From: an uncultured Bacteroidota bacterium
GTDB taxonomy: Bacteria; Bacteroidota; Bacteroidia; Bacteroidales; SZUA-534
Reading direction: 5' to 3'
Length of the DNA: 64,000 bases
Assembly (NCBI GenBank): GCA_946404125.1
Contig: CAMJCK010000002.1
Coordinates: 39,710-103,709 of the forward strand
Position numbers and translations under genes: made by a program. The notes beneath the pieces are model-generated. The model had not been told where the DNA came from. It worked only from the letters and a program-made list of their open reading frames with translations, and did no database searches. Position 1 is the first letter of the stretch, and each line of letters begins with the position of its first letter. Positions 10,081-18,853 of the stretch are shown in pieces.

Positions 10081-11691
10081 ATGGGTCACGGCAAGGAAAC
10101 GCCTAGGCAACAAATGATTGGCTTGATGTACTTGTTCTTAACTTGTATGTTGGCTTTGAACGTGTCAAAAGACGTATTGGATTCTTTTGTGCTTGTGAGT
10201 GAGAGTTTGGGAAAAACTGTAAAGAACTACGAGACCAAAAACCAAAAGGTCTATGATGAGTTTGAAAAGCAGCTGACAATCAATGAGAACAAAGTTAGAC
10301 CTTGGAAAGACAAAGCCGATGGCTTTAAGGAGTTAACTGACAGCCTTTGCAATCTTATTGAGAACTATAAAAAAGGATTCCTGACTTTGGCAGAAAACAG
10401 CAATGTTGAGAATGTAATCAAGGGTGATAGGTATGTCATTGATTCGATGAACTCAAAAGATAATATTGACTTTGGTGGTCAGTATTTTATTTTGGAAGGG
10501 CGCGGCGAAATTCTTAAAGGCAAATTAAATGAATACCGAGATGCCGCATTGGCATTGATTCCGGAAAGTGAAATAAGTATTATTGACGGAATAAAAGGCA
10601 CACTGAACACTGATAGCCATACTGATAAGGAAGGAGCTATTCATACTTGGGAAGCTCGCACCTTTGAGCACATTCCGGCAGTGGCAGATATTGTTATGCT
10701 GGACAAGTTGAAAACCGATATCAAGAATATTGAGACTGATGTAATCAACTATCTGTTTAAGCAAATTAGCGCGGGCGACTTCAAATTCAACGCGTTGTCG
10801 GCTACAGTTATTCCGAATTCAAACTATGTGATGAGGGGCAACGAATACACCGCAACCGTTTTCTTGGCGGCTTTCGACTCAACTCAGGCTCCTGAAATTC
10901 TTGTTGGTTCATACAAAAAGAACGGACCGGAGAATTACGAGATGGTTGGAGCTTACGAGACTTTGACAGTAACACGTGGAAAAGGAGTGTATAAGAAAGT
11001 GGCTTCATCGCTTGGAGAGCGTAAATGGGGCGGTTTGATTCGCATTACACGTCCTGACGGCACAGTGTCGAGTTATCCGTTTGAGGAGTCATACCAAGTG
11101 GCTGAGCCGAGTCTGGTTATTTCACCGACAAAGATGAACGTGTTCTACTATGGTGTTGAGAACCCTGTTGCCATATCAGTTCCGGGCATTCCGGCTGACA
11201 AAATCAAGGTTAGCATTCCCGATGGTGGAGCCACAATTAAGAAAGTTGGCAGTAGCTATGAGGTTAAGCCTACCAAACGTAGCGGTACAGTGAGTGTGGC
11301 GGTTGCCGCTGAAATCGACGGCAAACCCAAAAATATGGGAAGTATGCTGTTCCGTATCAAAACCATTCCTGAGCCAAAAGCAAAGGTGATGGGTTACAGT
11401 AGCGGCAACATTGAGAAGACAATTTTGAGCGCTGCGTCTGGTGTTCAAGCCGATTTGGAGGATTTTGTATTCGATTTGAAATTTAAAATCACCAAGTATA
11501 CCGTTACAACCACTGTCAGTGGCGGTATGACAAAAGAAATCAAAAAGACAGGCGGAACCTTTGACAATGAGGTAAAAACATTGCTTAAGGGTTTGAAAGC
11601 AAATTCAAAACTTATTATTGAGGATATTGAGGCGGTGGGACCGGATGGAGTTCCAAGAGCGCTGTCACCTATAGTATTCAAGGTTAAATAA
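10081..11691 (+). CDS. gldM: Gliding motility / T9SS protein GldM (PorM)
   Basis: N-terminus GKETPRQQMIGLMYLFLTCMLALNVSKDVLDSF is the GldM signature. 536 aa. Confidence 0.93.
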   Translation: MGHGKETPRQQMIGLMYLFLTCMLALNVSKDVLDSFVLVSESLGKTVKNYETKNQKVYDEFEKQLTINENKVRPWKDKADGFKELTDSLCNLIENYKKGFLTLAENSNVENVIKGDRYVIDSMNSKDNIDFGGQYFILEGRGEILKGKLNEYRDAALALIPESEISIIDGIKGTLNTDSHTDKEGAIHTWEARTFEHIPAVADIVMLDKLKTDIKNIETDVINYLFKQISAGDFKFNALSATVIPNSNYVMRGNEYTATVFLAAFDSTQAPEILVGSYKKNGPENYEMVGAYETLTVTRGKGVYKKVASSLGERKWGGLIRITRPDGTVSSYPFEESYQVAEPSLVISPTKMNVFYYGVENPVAISVPGIPADKIKVSIPDGGATIKKVGSSYEVKPTKRSGTVSVAVAAEIDGKPKNMGSMLFRIKTIPEPKAKVMGYSSGNIEKTILSAASGVQADLEDFVFDLKFKITKYTVTTTVSGGMTKEIKKTGGTFDNEVKTLLKGLKANSKLIIEDIEAVGPDGVPRALSPIVFKVK

Positions 11692-11703
11692 AAACGAATT
11701 AGT

Positions 11704-12552
11704 ATGAAAAAGTTATTTTTAGTGCCGGTTTTGTTGCTGGGTATGTTCTTGGGGAACAATACAGTAGCACAGGTTGTCTTGGATGATATATATGCACCAG
11801 ACCACGTTCCAAACAGGAAACCAATTCCATACGCATATTTGCGCGAGGCCGATGCGATGTATAAGAAGCGTGTTTGGCGAGTTATTGATTTGCGTGAGAA
11901 GATTAATTTGAATCTTTATTACCCGACGTCTCCAATCAAAGACAGAATGAGTTTGATTGACTTGTTGCTGAATGGCATCGCCAATGAAGGTATTACTGCT
12001 TATAACACTGACGATGACCGTTTTACTCAGCCGATGAGTCGTACGCAAATTGATAATGTTTTTGATGCCGTTGAAAAATCGCAGAATTACACTGATGAGA
12101 ATGGTGACGAGCAGACGGTTATGATTAAAGGTGAAATTACAAGTAGCGAGGTGAAGCAGTATTGGTTGAAAGAAGATTGGTTCTTCGACCGTAAGCATTC
12201 CACCATGAATGTCCGTATTCTCGGTATCTGCCCAATCCGTTTCTATGTAAAAGATGGTGATGAAGGTGAGGATGCAGAAATGCGTAAGACTATGGCTTTC
12301 TGGATTTATTTCCCAGAGGTTCGTCGTATTTTAGCTGACCACGAGGTGTTCAACAACAATAACGATGCAGAGCGTCGCACCTTCGATGACATCTTCTTTA
12401 AACGCTATTTCAATAGTTTCATTGTGAAGGTTTCGAATGTGTACGATGACCGTAGCATTCAGGACTACTCACTTGGAATCCAGTCGTTGCTCGAAGCAGA
12501 AGCTTTGAAGAAACAGATTACTGATTACGAGCAAGATTTGTGGGAATACTAA
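11704..12552 (+). CDS. gldN: Gliding motility / T9SS protein GldN (PorN)
   Basis: Signal peptide, then YAYLREADAMYKKRVWRVIDLREKIN, typical of GldN. Last gene of the K-L-M-N block. Confidence 0.92.
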   Translation: MKKLFLVPVLLLGMFLGNNTVAQVVLDDIYAPDHVPNRKPIPYAYLREADAMYKKRVWRVIDLREKINLNLYYPTSPIKDRMSLIDLLLNGIANEGITAYNTDDDRFTQPMSRTQIDNVFDAVEKSQNYTDENGDEQTVMIKGEITSSEVKQYWLKEDWFFDRKHSTMNVRILGICPIRFYVKDGDEGEDAEMRKTMAFWIYFPEVRRILADHEVFNNNNDAERRTFDDIFFKRYFNSFIVKVSNVYDDRSIQDYSLGIQSLLEAEALKKQITDYEQDLWEY

Positions 12553-12577
12553 TTCGTATTATTCATAGTAAATGAAG

Positions 12578-12605
12578 AGGGCAATCGAGAGATTGCCCTT
12601 TTTTG
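12578..12605 (+). terminator. Intrinsic terminator after gldN
   Basis: Stem AGGGCAATC / GATTGCCCT, loop GAGA, then TTTTTTGTTTT. Confidence 0.75.
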
Positions 12606-12660
12606 TTTTGTATGCGTTGCATTATTATGTTGTCTCTGACAACTTGGTGGCGCACAATAC

Positions 12661-13893
12661 TTATGTTGTTTCACACGATGTGCTGTCGGTTGCAGCTGAA
12701 TTATCAGATTCTTCAAAATCGTCGTTAGCGGCATTTTCCGACGGATAAAGAATATCAAGTATGCGGTTGATTCCCACGCCGTTGCGGTTGTTGTTCCGCA
12801 GAATGACAATGGTGGCGCTGTCTTGCGGAATCCGCACCAGCGATGTCTTGAAACCGTGCCACCAGCCGCTGTGGAAGTAAATTGGAATCTCGCTGTTGCC
12901 AAACTTGCCTATACGCCAGCCGTAGCCGTAGTTTGAACGCGCCTTGGGGCGCTTGCCCATCGGCTGAAAGGCCAGTTGCAGCGTGTCGGGATTGATGATT
13001 TCCCCCGAATAGAGCCCTTGGTCCCAGCGAAACAGGTCGGCGGTGGTGGAATAGATGCCTTTGTCGCCCAGGAAATGGTCGAGATAGTTGTCGTCGGCAG
13101 GCGTGCGGCCACGAGCGTATCCGGTGGCGCGCGGCGGGTAACTGACGCTTTTCATTGCGCGGTAGGCGAATGTATGCGTCATCCCCAATGGCTTGAAAAT
13201 GTTTTCTTCCAGATAGTTCTCGAATTTCAACCCCGAAACGGCTTCAACCACTGCAGCCAATACGGCATAGCCAGTATTGCTGTACTGGAAGCGGCGGTTT
13301 GGCAAATAATAACGCCCGGCGTTGGCTTCAATCAGTTCGGACACAATCTGTTGGTTGCTGAAATATGGGTCGTCGAGCATCTTCTTCCGGTCGCACAGAT
13401 AGTGGTAGTTTGGCAAACCTGAGCGGTGCACCAGCAGCTGGTGGATGGTGATGTCGGGATAAGGAAAGCCCGGCAGGTATTTGGCGGCACTGTCGGTCAG
13501 ACGCAGGCGGCCGCGCTCGTAGAGTTGCAGAATGGCCACGGCTGTGAACTGTTTCGAGACAGACGCCAGCTGAAACGCTGTGCTGTCGGTAATCGGCTCT
13601 TTCGTGCGGATGTTGGCCAATCCACAGCAGCGCCCATATAAAATGCTGTCTTTCTGCCCAACAAGCACCGCGCCGCTGAAATTGCCGTTTTGGCAGAGCT
13701 TGCCAATCAGTGTATCGATGGATGCAATCTGCTCATCGGTATAAGTGAACTTTGTGGCTATCTGCGGCTGCTCAACAACGGCCGTTTCCGTCGTTTCCGC
13801 GCGGTTCTGCCGGCATTCAATGTGGCACACAACCACCATTGCCGCCGCTGCCGCAAGCATCGGCCAAACTTGTTTTATGCAGTTTTTAATCAT
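12661..13893 (-). CDS. Serine hydrolase, beta-lactamase/transpeptidase (class C-like) family
   Basis: ATG at 13893 (13914 is TTG). S-x-x-K motif SVSKQF and Y-x-N motif YSNTGY. Confidence 0.85.
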   Translation of the reverse strand: MIKNCIKQVWPMLAAAAAMVVVCHIECRQNRAETTETAVVEQPQIATKFTYTDEQIASIDTLIGKLCQNGNFSGAVLVGQKDSILYGRCCGLANIRTKEPITDSTAFQLASVSKQFTAVAILQLYERGRLRLTDSAAKYLPGFPYPDITIHQLLVHRSGLPNYHYLCDRKKMLDDPYFSNQQIVSELIEANAGRYYLPNRRFQYSNTGYAVLAAVVEAVSGLKFENYLEENIFKPLGMTHTFAYRAMKSVSYPPRATGYARGRTPADDNYLDHFLGDKGIYSTTADLFRWDQGLYSGEIINPDTLQLAFQPMGKRPKARSNYGYGWRIGKFGNSEIPIYFHSGWWHGFKTSLVRIPQDSATIVILRNNNRNGVGINRILDILYPSENAANDDFEESDNSAATDSTSCETT

Positions 13894-13949
13894 CGCTTTG
13901 CGTTGTGGTTGCAAAGATAAGTTTCTGACCGATTTAATTAGAAAGGTTT

Positions 13950-13963
13950 TTGGTGAATCGTTT
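13950..13963. repeat. Dispersed intergenic word TTGGTGAATCGTTT
   Basis: Exact 14-mer also found at 38520-38533. Its reverse-complement word (CGATTCACC) occurs at 58164-58172. Confidence 0.7.
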
Positions 13964-14072
13964 TTCGCGAAAATGGCTGAAACATCGCTCTGCAGAACAA
14001 TTGGTTCGTGTTTTCAGTTGGCGTTTGTGTTTAGGTTTTCGATTTTCCGTTTGCGTTTGCGTTAATCATTTG

Positions 14073-14080
14073 TATCTTGC
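14073..14080 (+). promoter_or_regulatory. Candidate -7 promoter box TATCTTGC
   Basis: Partial match to the Bacteroidota TAnnTTTG box. The same octamer occurs upstream of prmA, fur and rsmA. 20 nt upstream of the GTG at 14101. Confidence 0.45.
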
Positions 14081-14100
14081 AACAACAAAATCACACTATT

Positions 14101-14901
14101 GTGACAAAGCACAGATTCATAATTCTTGCGGCATTGCTGATTGTGGCGGCTTCAGCGGGCGCACAGGACGGCAATTTTGAAGCAATGGCCAACGCTTCGG
14201 TTATGCAGAGCGGACTTTGGTCGGTGAACAACAACCAGGCGGGATTGGCTGACTTGCAACGTTTTGCCGTCGGCATCAACTATCAGAACCGCTTCCAATT
14301 GGCCGAGACAAGCACCAAATCGGCGGCTGCCGCCATTCATACCCGGACGGGCAATTTTGCCTTGAGTTTCAATAGGTTCGGCTATTCACAATATTCCGAA
14401 AATAGCTTCGGCTTGGCCTACGCGCGCACGTTTGGCGAGTGGGTGTCGGCCGGCCTGCAGTTCGACTATCTCAACATCAACCAACCGTCGGCTTACGGCA
14501 AAAACGGCGTTTTTCTGTTTGAAGTGGGCTTGATTGCCAAACCCATTACCAACCTGCAGATTGGCGCCCACATCTACAACCCCACAAAGGCCAAAATGGC
14601 TGAATATGAAGACGAACGCGTCAACACATCGTTCCGGTTGGGCGCGAGCTATTTCTTCTCTGACATTGTACAGCTTGCCGCCGAAGTTGAAAAGACAATG
14701 CAGACCGGCTTGCGCTATAAGGTTGGTCTTGAATATCAGATAATCAGCAATTTATACTTGCGTACAGGCTTCCGTTCAAAGCCCAATGAGTTCTGCTTTG
14801 GCGCGGGCTACACCTTCAAAGGCTTGACGTTCGACTTCGCATTCTCGACGCACCAGTACCTGCCAATGTCAACACAAGTTTCATTAAAATACTCATTATG
14901 A
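14101..14901 (+). CDS. Small outer-membrane beta-barrel protein (tentatively PorV/PorQ/FadL-like)
   Basis: GTG at 14101 gives the signal peptide MTKHRFIILAALLIVAASAGAQ (the ORF-track TTG at 14077 overlaps the promoter box). Alternating beta-strand pattern. NNNQAGLADL resembles the NPAGL motif of that family. Confidence 0.6.
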   Translation: MTKHRFIILAALLIVAASAGAQDGNFEAMANASVMQSGLWSVNNNQAGLADLQRFAVGINYQNRFQLAETSTKSAAAAIHTRTGNFALSFNRFGYSQYSENSFGLAYARTFGEWVSAGLQFDYLNINQPSAYGKNGVFLFEVGLIAKPITNLQIGAHIYNPTKAKMAEYEDERVNTSFRLGASYFFSDIVQLAAEVEKTMQTGLRYKVGLEYQIISNLYLRTGFRSKPNEFCFGAGYTFKGLTFDFAFSTHQYLPMSTQVSLKYSL

Positions 14902-15767
14902 GCGCGTTGTTTGAATTTTGGCCTTTCGTCGGGAAAGTGTTGCTGACCACCCTTTTCCAACTGCTCTCGATTTTCGGGGTGTTCTTTGTTTTCGGACTGA
15001 TACTCTATATGTTAGCGCGATACACGCGGCGGCTTTTCGTCAACATTTTGGGCGAAAAATCCGACATCTACTTCACCGGTTGGATAGGCACGCCGGTGCA
15101 CGAGTTGGGGCACGCCCTGCTCTGCATCCCGTTTCTGCACCGAATCACTGAAATAAAACTCTACTCGCCCAACGGCGAAGACGGCACTTTGGGCTACGTC
15201 AACCACGCCTACAACCCGCGCAACCCGTGGGCGCAAATCGGAAATTTCTTCATCGCTTTGGGGCCGATTCTGTTCGGTTCGCTGATTATCTATCTGTTAG
15301 TCAGGTTTTTGCTGCCGAATAATCAGGCGCTGCTGACCGCACTTCACGGCTCGCCGGCAAGTTTCACATCGCTGTCGGGATTTATGTCGCTGATGGTGAG
15401 TGTTTTCGCTTCGTCGTCCGATATGATTTACGCGCTTTTCACCGGCGGCCACCTGCACCAATGGCAGTTTTGGGTGTTTCTCTACCTTGCCATTTGCATT
15501 TCGGCGCATATGGAATTGAGCCCGCCCGACCTTAAAGGCTTGGGGTCGGGGCTGCTCGCAATCATTATCATTCTACTGATAGTCAATATTATATTGATTC
15601 TTTTGAATGTCGATGCAATGGTGATTGGCACGGCTGTGGGCCGATGGACAAGTCTCGCAACCGGAATTTTCACGTTGGCAGTCGCCATTTCGGCAATGAC
15701 CTGCCTTGCGAGTCTCATCATTCTGAATATCATATCATTGATAATCAATAAGAAAATCTTTATTTGA
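14898..15767 (+). CDS. Polytopic membrane protein with a single HExxH zincin motif (HELGH)
   Basis: ATGA overlap with the upstream gene. Multiple hydrophobic segments. GTPVHELGHALLCIPFLH. Reminiscent of DUF3267 / M50-like membrane metalloproteases. Confidence 0.65.
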   Translation: MSALFEFWPFVGKVLLTTLFQLLSIFGVFFVFGLILYMLARYTRRLFVNILGEKSDIYFTGWIGTPVHELGHALLCIPFLHRITEIKLYSPNGEDGTLGYVNHAYNPRNPWAQIGNFFIALGPILFGSLIIYLLVRFLLPNNQALLTALHGSPASFTSLSGFMSLMVSVFASSSDMIYALFTGGHLHQWQFWVFLYLAICISAHMELSPPDLKGLGSGLLAIIIILLIVNIILILLNVDAMVIGTAVGRWTSLATGIFTLAVAISAMTCLASLIILNIISLIINKKIFI

Positions 15768-17842
15768 TGCTTCGGTTTGTTCTTATATCGATGTTTCTTC
15801 TAGCAGCTGTTGGGCTTTATGCCCAAACCGATGGCGACGGGCGGCAGACGGTTGAGACTTTGATGGAAAATCTGTCGGAAGAACTTGAAGAAGATGCTGA
15901 TATTGAGCAGATTGCCGAAGATTTGGAATATTTCTTGCAAAACCCCATCAACCTGAATACGGCCACGGCCGAAGACCTTGCCAAGCTGCATTTTCTGAAC
16001 GAGTTTCAGATTGCAAGCCTTACCGACTATGTGCGGCGCAATGGTCCAATGCTCACTCTCTACGAGTTGGCGATGGTTGACGGCTTCGACCAAACCGATA
16101 TTTTCCGCCTTCTGCCGTTTGTCAGGGTGGCCGATGCGGGCGACGAATCGAAATTCAGCCTGAAACGTGCCGTCAAGTATGGGCGCAACGAACTTTTCAG
16201 CCGTGTGTCGCTCGTTGGCGAAGAGCAGGATGGCTTTGCCGATGTGCCTGATTCAGTGCGTATTGCCGAGCCCGAAAAACACTATCCGGGCAACCGCGCG
16301 AAGATTTTCAGCCGCTACTCGTTCAACTTCAACCGCCAACTGATGGCCGGCATCACGGCCGAAAAAGACCCGGGCGAACAGTTTTTCCGCGGGCATCAGC
16401 GCCACGGCTTCGATTTCTATTCGGCCTACGCCGCCATTCACGGCATTGGCCACGTCGAGACGCTGATTGTGGGCGATTTTCAGGCGAAATTCGGTCAGGG
16501 ATTGGTTGCTTGGTCGGGAATGTCGACGGGCAAATCGGCCTTTGTGATGGACATCCGCAAAAAGGGCGCGGGCATCCGCAAATACTCATCGGCCGACGAG
16601 AACCTTTTCTACCGCGGTGTGGCCACCACGCTCAAATTCGGACAATTCCGGGCCACTGTTTTCGGCTCGCACAAGAAGATTGACGCCACACTCGCAAGTC
16701 AGGACACGGCCGCGTCGGAAGAAGCCGGATTCACATCGTTCGGCACCGTTGGGCTGCACGCCACACCAAAGCAGATTGAGAAGGAAGATGTTGTGACCGA
16801 GAGCGTTTGGGGCGCCAACATCAACTTCAACCGCAACAATCTGCGAATCGGGGCAACCGGGTTGGGCTATCAGTACGACAAGGCTTTTGTGAAACGCGAG
16901 ACACCGCTCTACAAGTTCGATTTCGACGGCCGTAAAAATCTGAATGTCAGCATTGACGCGCAATATTCGTTTAGCGCGCTCTATTTGTTTGGCGAGTACG
17001 CGATGTCGGCCAACGGTGGGCGCGCAGCGGTTGTTGGCTCGCTGATGAGCCTTGCGCCGGGACTTCGGGCATCGGTGCTCTACCGCAACTACAGCCGTGA
17101 TTATCAGGCACAATACGCAGGCGGTTTTGCCGAAGGCGGAAAGACGCAGAACGAAGAAGGATTCTTTTTCGGCATCGAAGCAACGCCCATAAAACGTTGG
17201 AAATTATCGGCTTACTACGACATCTATCGCTTCCCGTGGATAAAATACGGACTGAACGCACCGTCGCGCGGCAACGATTTTCTGGCGCAAGCCGAATTTG
17301 CAGCAAACCGCTCAACATCAATGATTTGGAAGGTAAAATACGAAACCACGCAGACGCAAGGCTCTACTGAAGACGGCAAAATCCAACCGCTGGCCGACCT
17401 CTCGCGGTGGACCGTGCGCTACCACCTGAACTACGCCATAAATCAGCGCTGGCAACTGAAAAGCCGCATCGAACTGTCGGGCTACAAAAACGGCAACGCC
17501 GACACCGAAACCGGCTGCCTGCTCTATCAGGATGTAGCCTGCTCGCCGTTCCGTTTCCCACTGAATCTGGCGGTGCGCTACGCCATTTTCGAAACCACCT
17601 ATAACTCACGCATCTACGCCTACGAGAGCGACGTGCTCTACGCCTACTCAATACCGATGGTGTACGGCCGCGGCACCCGCACCTACCTGCTTGCATCGTG
17701 GTCGCCCGCCAAAAACCTGACCGTTTGGGCAAAGGCGTCGCGCACCTGGTACGCCGACAAGCAAACAATCGGCACATCGCCCAATATGATTGACGCCAAC
17801 CACCGCACTGAATTCAAATTTCAGGTAAGGTGGAAGTTTTAG
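15767..17842 (+). CDS. Helix-hairpin-helix (ComEA-like) domain fused to a large outer-membrane beta-barrel
   Basis: TGATG overlap with the upstream gene. Signal peptide MLRFVLISMFLLAAVGLYAQ. An acidic segment, then INLNTATAEDLAKLHFLNEFQIASLTDYVRRNG (HhH). About 550 aa of beta-rich sequence ending FKFQVRWKF. Confidence 0.75.
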   Translation: MLRFVLISMFLLAAVGLYAQTDGDGRQTVETLMENLSEELEEDADIEQIAEDLEYFLQNPINLNTATAEDLAKLHFLNEFQIASLTDYVRRNGPMLTLYELAMVDGFDQTDIFRLLPFVRVADAGDESKFSLKRAVKYGRNELFSRVSLVGEEQDGFADVPDSVRIAEPEKHYPGNRAKIFSRYSFNFNRQLMAGITAEKDPGEQFFRGHQRHGFDFYSAYAAIHGIGHVETLIVGDFQAKFGQGLVAWSGMSTGKSAFVMDIRKKGAGIRKYSSADENLFYRGVATTLKFGQFRATVFGSHKKIDATLASQDTAASEEAGFTSFGTVGLHATPKQIEKEDVVTESVWGANINFNRNNLRIGATGLGYQYDKAFVKRETPLYKFDFDGRKNLNVSIDAQYSFSALYLFGEYAMSANGGRAAVVGSLMSLAPGLRASVLYRNYSRDYQAQYAGGFAEGGKTQNEEGFFFGIEATPIKRWKLSAYYDIYRFPWIKYGLNAPSRGNDFLAQAEFAANRSTSMIWKVKYETTQTQGSTEDGKIQPLADLSRWTVRYHLNYAINQRWQLKSRIELSGYKNGNADTETGCLLYQDVACSPFRFPLNLAVRYAIFETTYNSRIYAYESDVLYAYSIPMVYGRGTRTYLLASWSPAKNLTVWAKASRTWYADKQTIGTSPNMIDANHRTEFKFQVRWKF

Positions 17843-17843
17843 T

Positions 17844-18311
17844 TTACTCCAAAATCTTCACCGCCATCGATTTTAGCTGCTGCCAGCCGGCCTGGTCGGT
17901 TAGGCGCACCATAAAGTGATAGTCGCCAGGGTCGATGTCGGCCGGAATATCGATGTTGATGGTTGCTGTGTATGACTGTTGCCCTTGCGGAATCTCAAAA
18001 TCGCTGTTGAAAACCCACGGATTCACTGGCTTTTTCTCTGCCTCAATGTCGCATTCGGCCGCCGATGTGCTGTGAGTGTGGTGGTCGAAGTTGTTGTGAA
18101 CCTCAATGTTATAACTGCCCAACTCCACATTGTCGGAAAACTGATAGTGGAAAGCAATCACGCCGCTGCGTTTAAACTGCTGACAATCAACGGGGCAAGT
18201 CTGCTCGCCATCGGCAGTGATTTCGGGCAACGCCATATCCTCCGTTTTATCGGAACTGCTGCACGCACAGAGTGCGCACAGCAGAAGCGATGAAAAAATG
18301 CTTTTTTTCAT
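17844..18311 (-). CDS. Lipoprotein, DUF4625-like, His-rich
   Basis: Lipobox LCALCAC. HNNFDHHTHS. Shares the IDIPADxxxGxYH motif with the upstream paralog. Confidence 0.65.
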   Translation of the reverse strand: MKKSIFSSLLLCALCACSSSDKTEDMALPEITADGEQTCPVDCQQFKRSGVIAFHYQFSDNVELGSYNIEVHNNFDHHTHSTSAAECDIEAEKKPVNPWVFNSDFEIPQGQQSYTATINIDIPADIDPGDYHFMVRLTDQAGWQQLKSMAVKILE

Positions 18312-18314
18312 ACT

Positions 18315-18779
18315 TTAATCGTTATGTGAATGTTCGTGTTCGTCGTCATCATCATCGTCATCCTCAACAATTTCGATGTGACATTCGGCCGTCGTTTGCT
18401 GGCCTTCCTTGTCGGTAACCGTGAAGTGAAGATGATACTCACCAAGCGGCGCATCGGCTGGAATATCGATGTGCTCGTGAAACTCTATATTCTTGACACC
18501 TATGTATTTGCCATCGGTAAACGATTTCTCGATTTCGAAACCGCTGCCTTCCTCCTGATGAATTTCGATGTCGATTCGGCTGATTAATCCTTCGGCCAAA
18601 ACATCGGCTTCAAGGTGCAAATCGTGCCCCGGATGGGTGTGGCGGCTGTTGTCGTGCCCCACTTCGGTGAGCGTAATTGTCGGTTTTTCAGGTGTTTCGT
18701 CGTCTTTGTTGCACGATGCAAATACAAATGTCATAGCTGCGAGAGCCGCGATAAGGCTCATATTAAATATCTTTTTCAT
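18315..18779 (-). CDS. Lipoprotein, DUF4625-like, with an Asp7-EHEHSHND C-terminal tail
   Basis: Lipobox FVFASC. PTITLTEVGHDNSRHTHPGHDLHLEADV and IDIPADAPLGEYHLHF. The tail is VEDDDDDDDEHEHSHND. Confidence 0.72.
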   Translation of the reverse strand: MKKIFNMSLIAALAAMTFVFASCNKDDETPEKPTITLTEVGHDNSRHTHPGHDLHLEADVLAEGLISRIDIEIHQEEGSGFEIEKSFTDGKYIGVKNIEFHEHIDIPADAPLGEYHLHFTVTDKEGQQTTAECHIEIVEDDDDDDDEHEHSHND

Positions 18780-18853
18780 TATTGTAAATCTTTATTTATT
18801 AAACATTTAAATCGTTTTTGTTTTTCGTTTTTAGTTAGTGTTTGTGTTAACGT

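Noticed and set aside
12661-13893. Beta-lactamase-family gene as an antibiotic-resistance determinant
   Set aside because: The SxxK and YxN motifs only place it in the broad class-C-like serine hydrolase and esterase family. Most such Bacteroidota proteins are not beta-lactamases. There is no mobile context.
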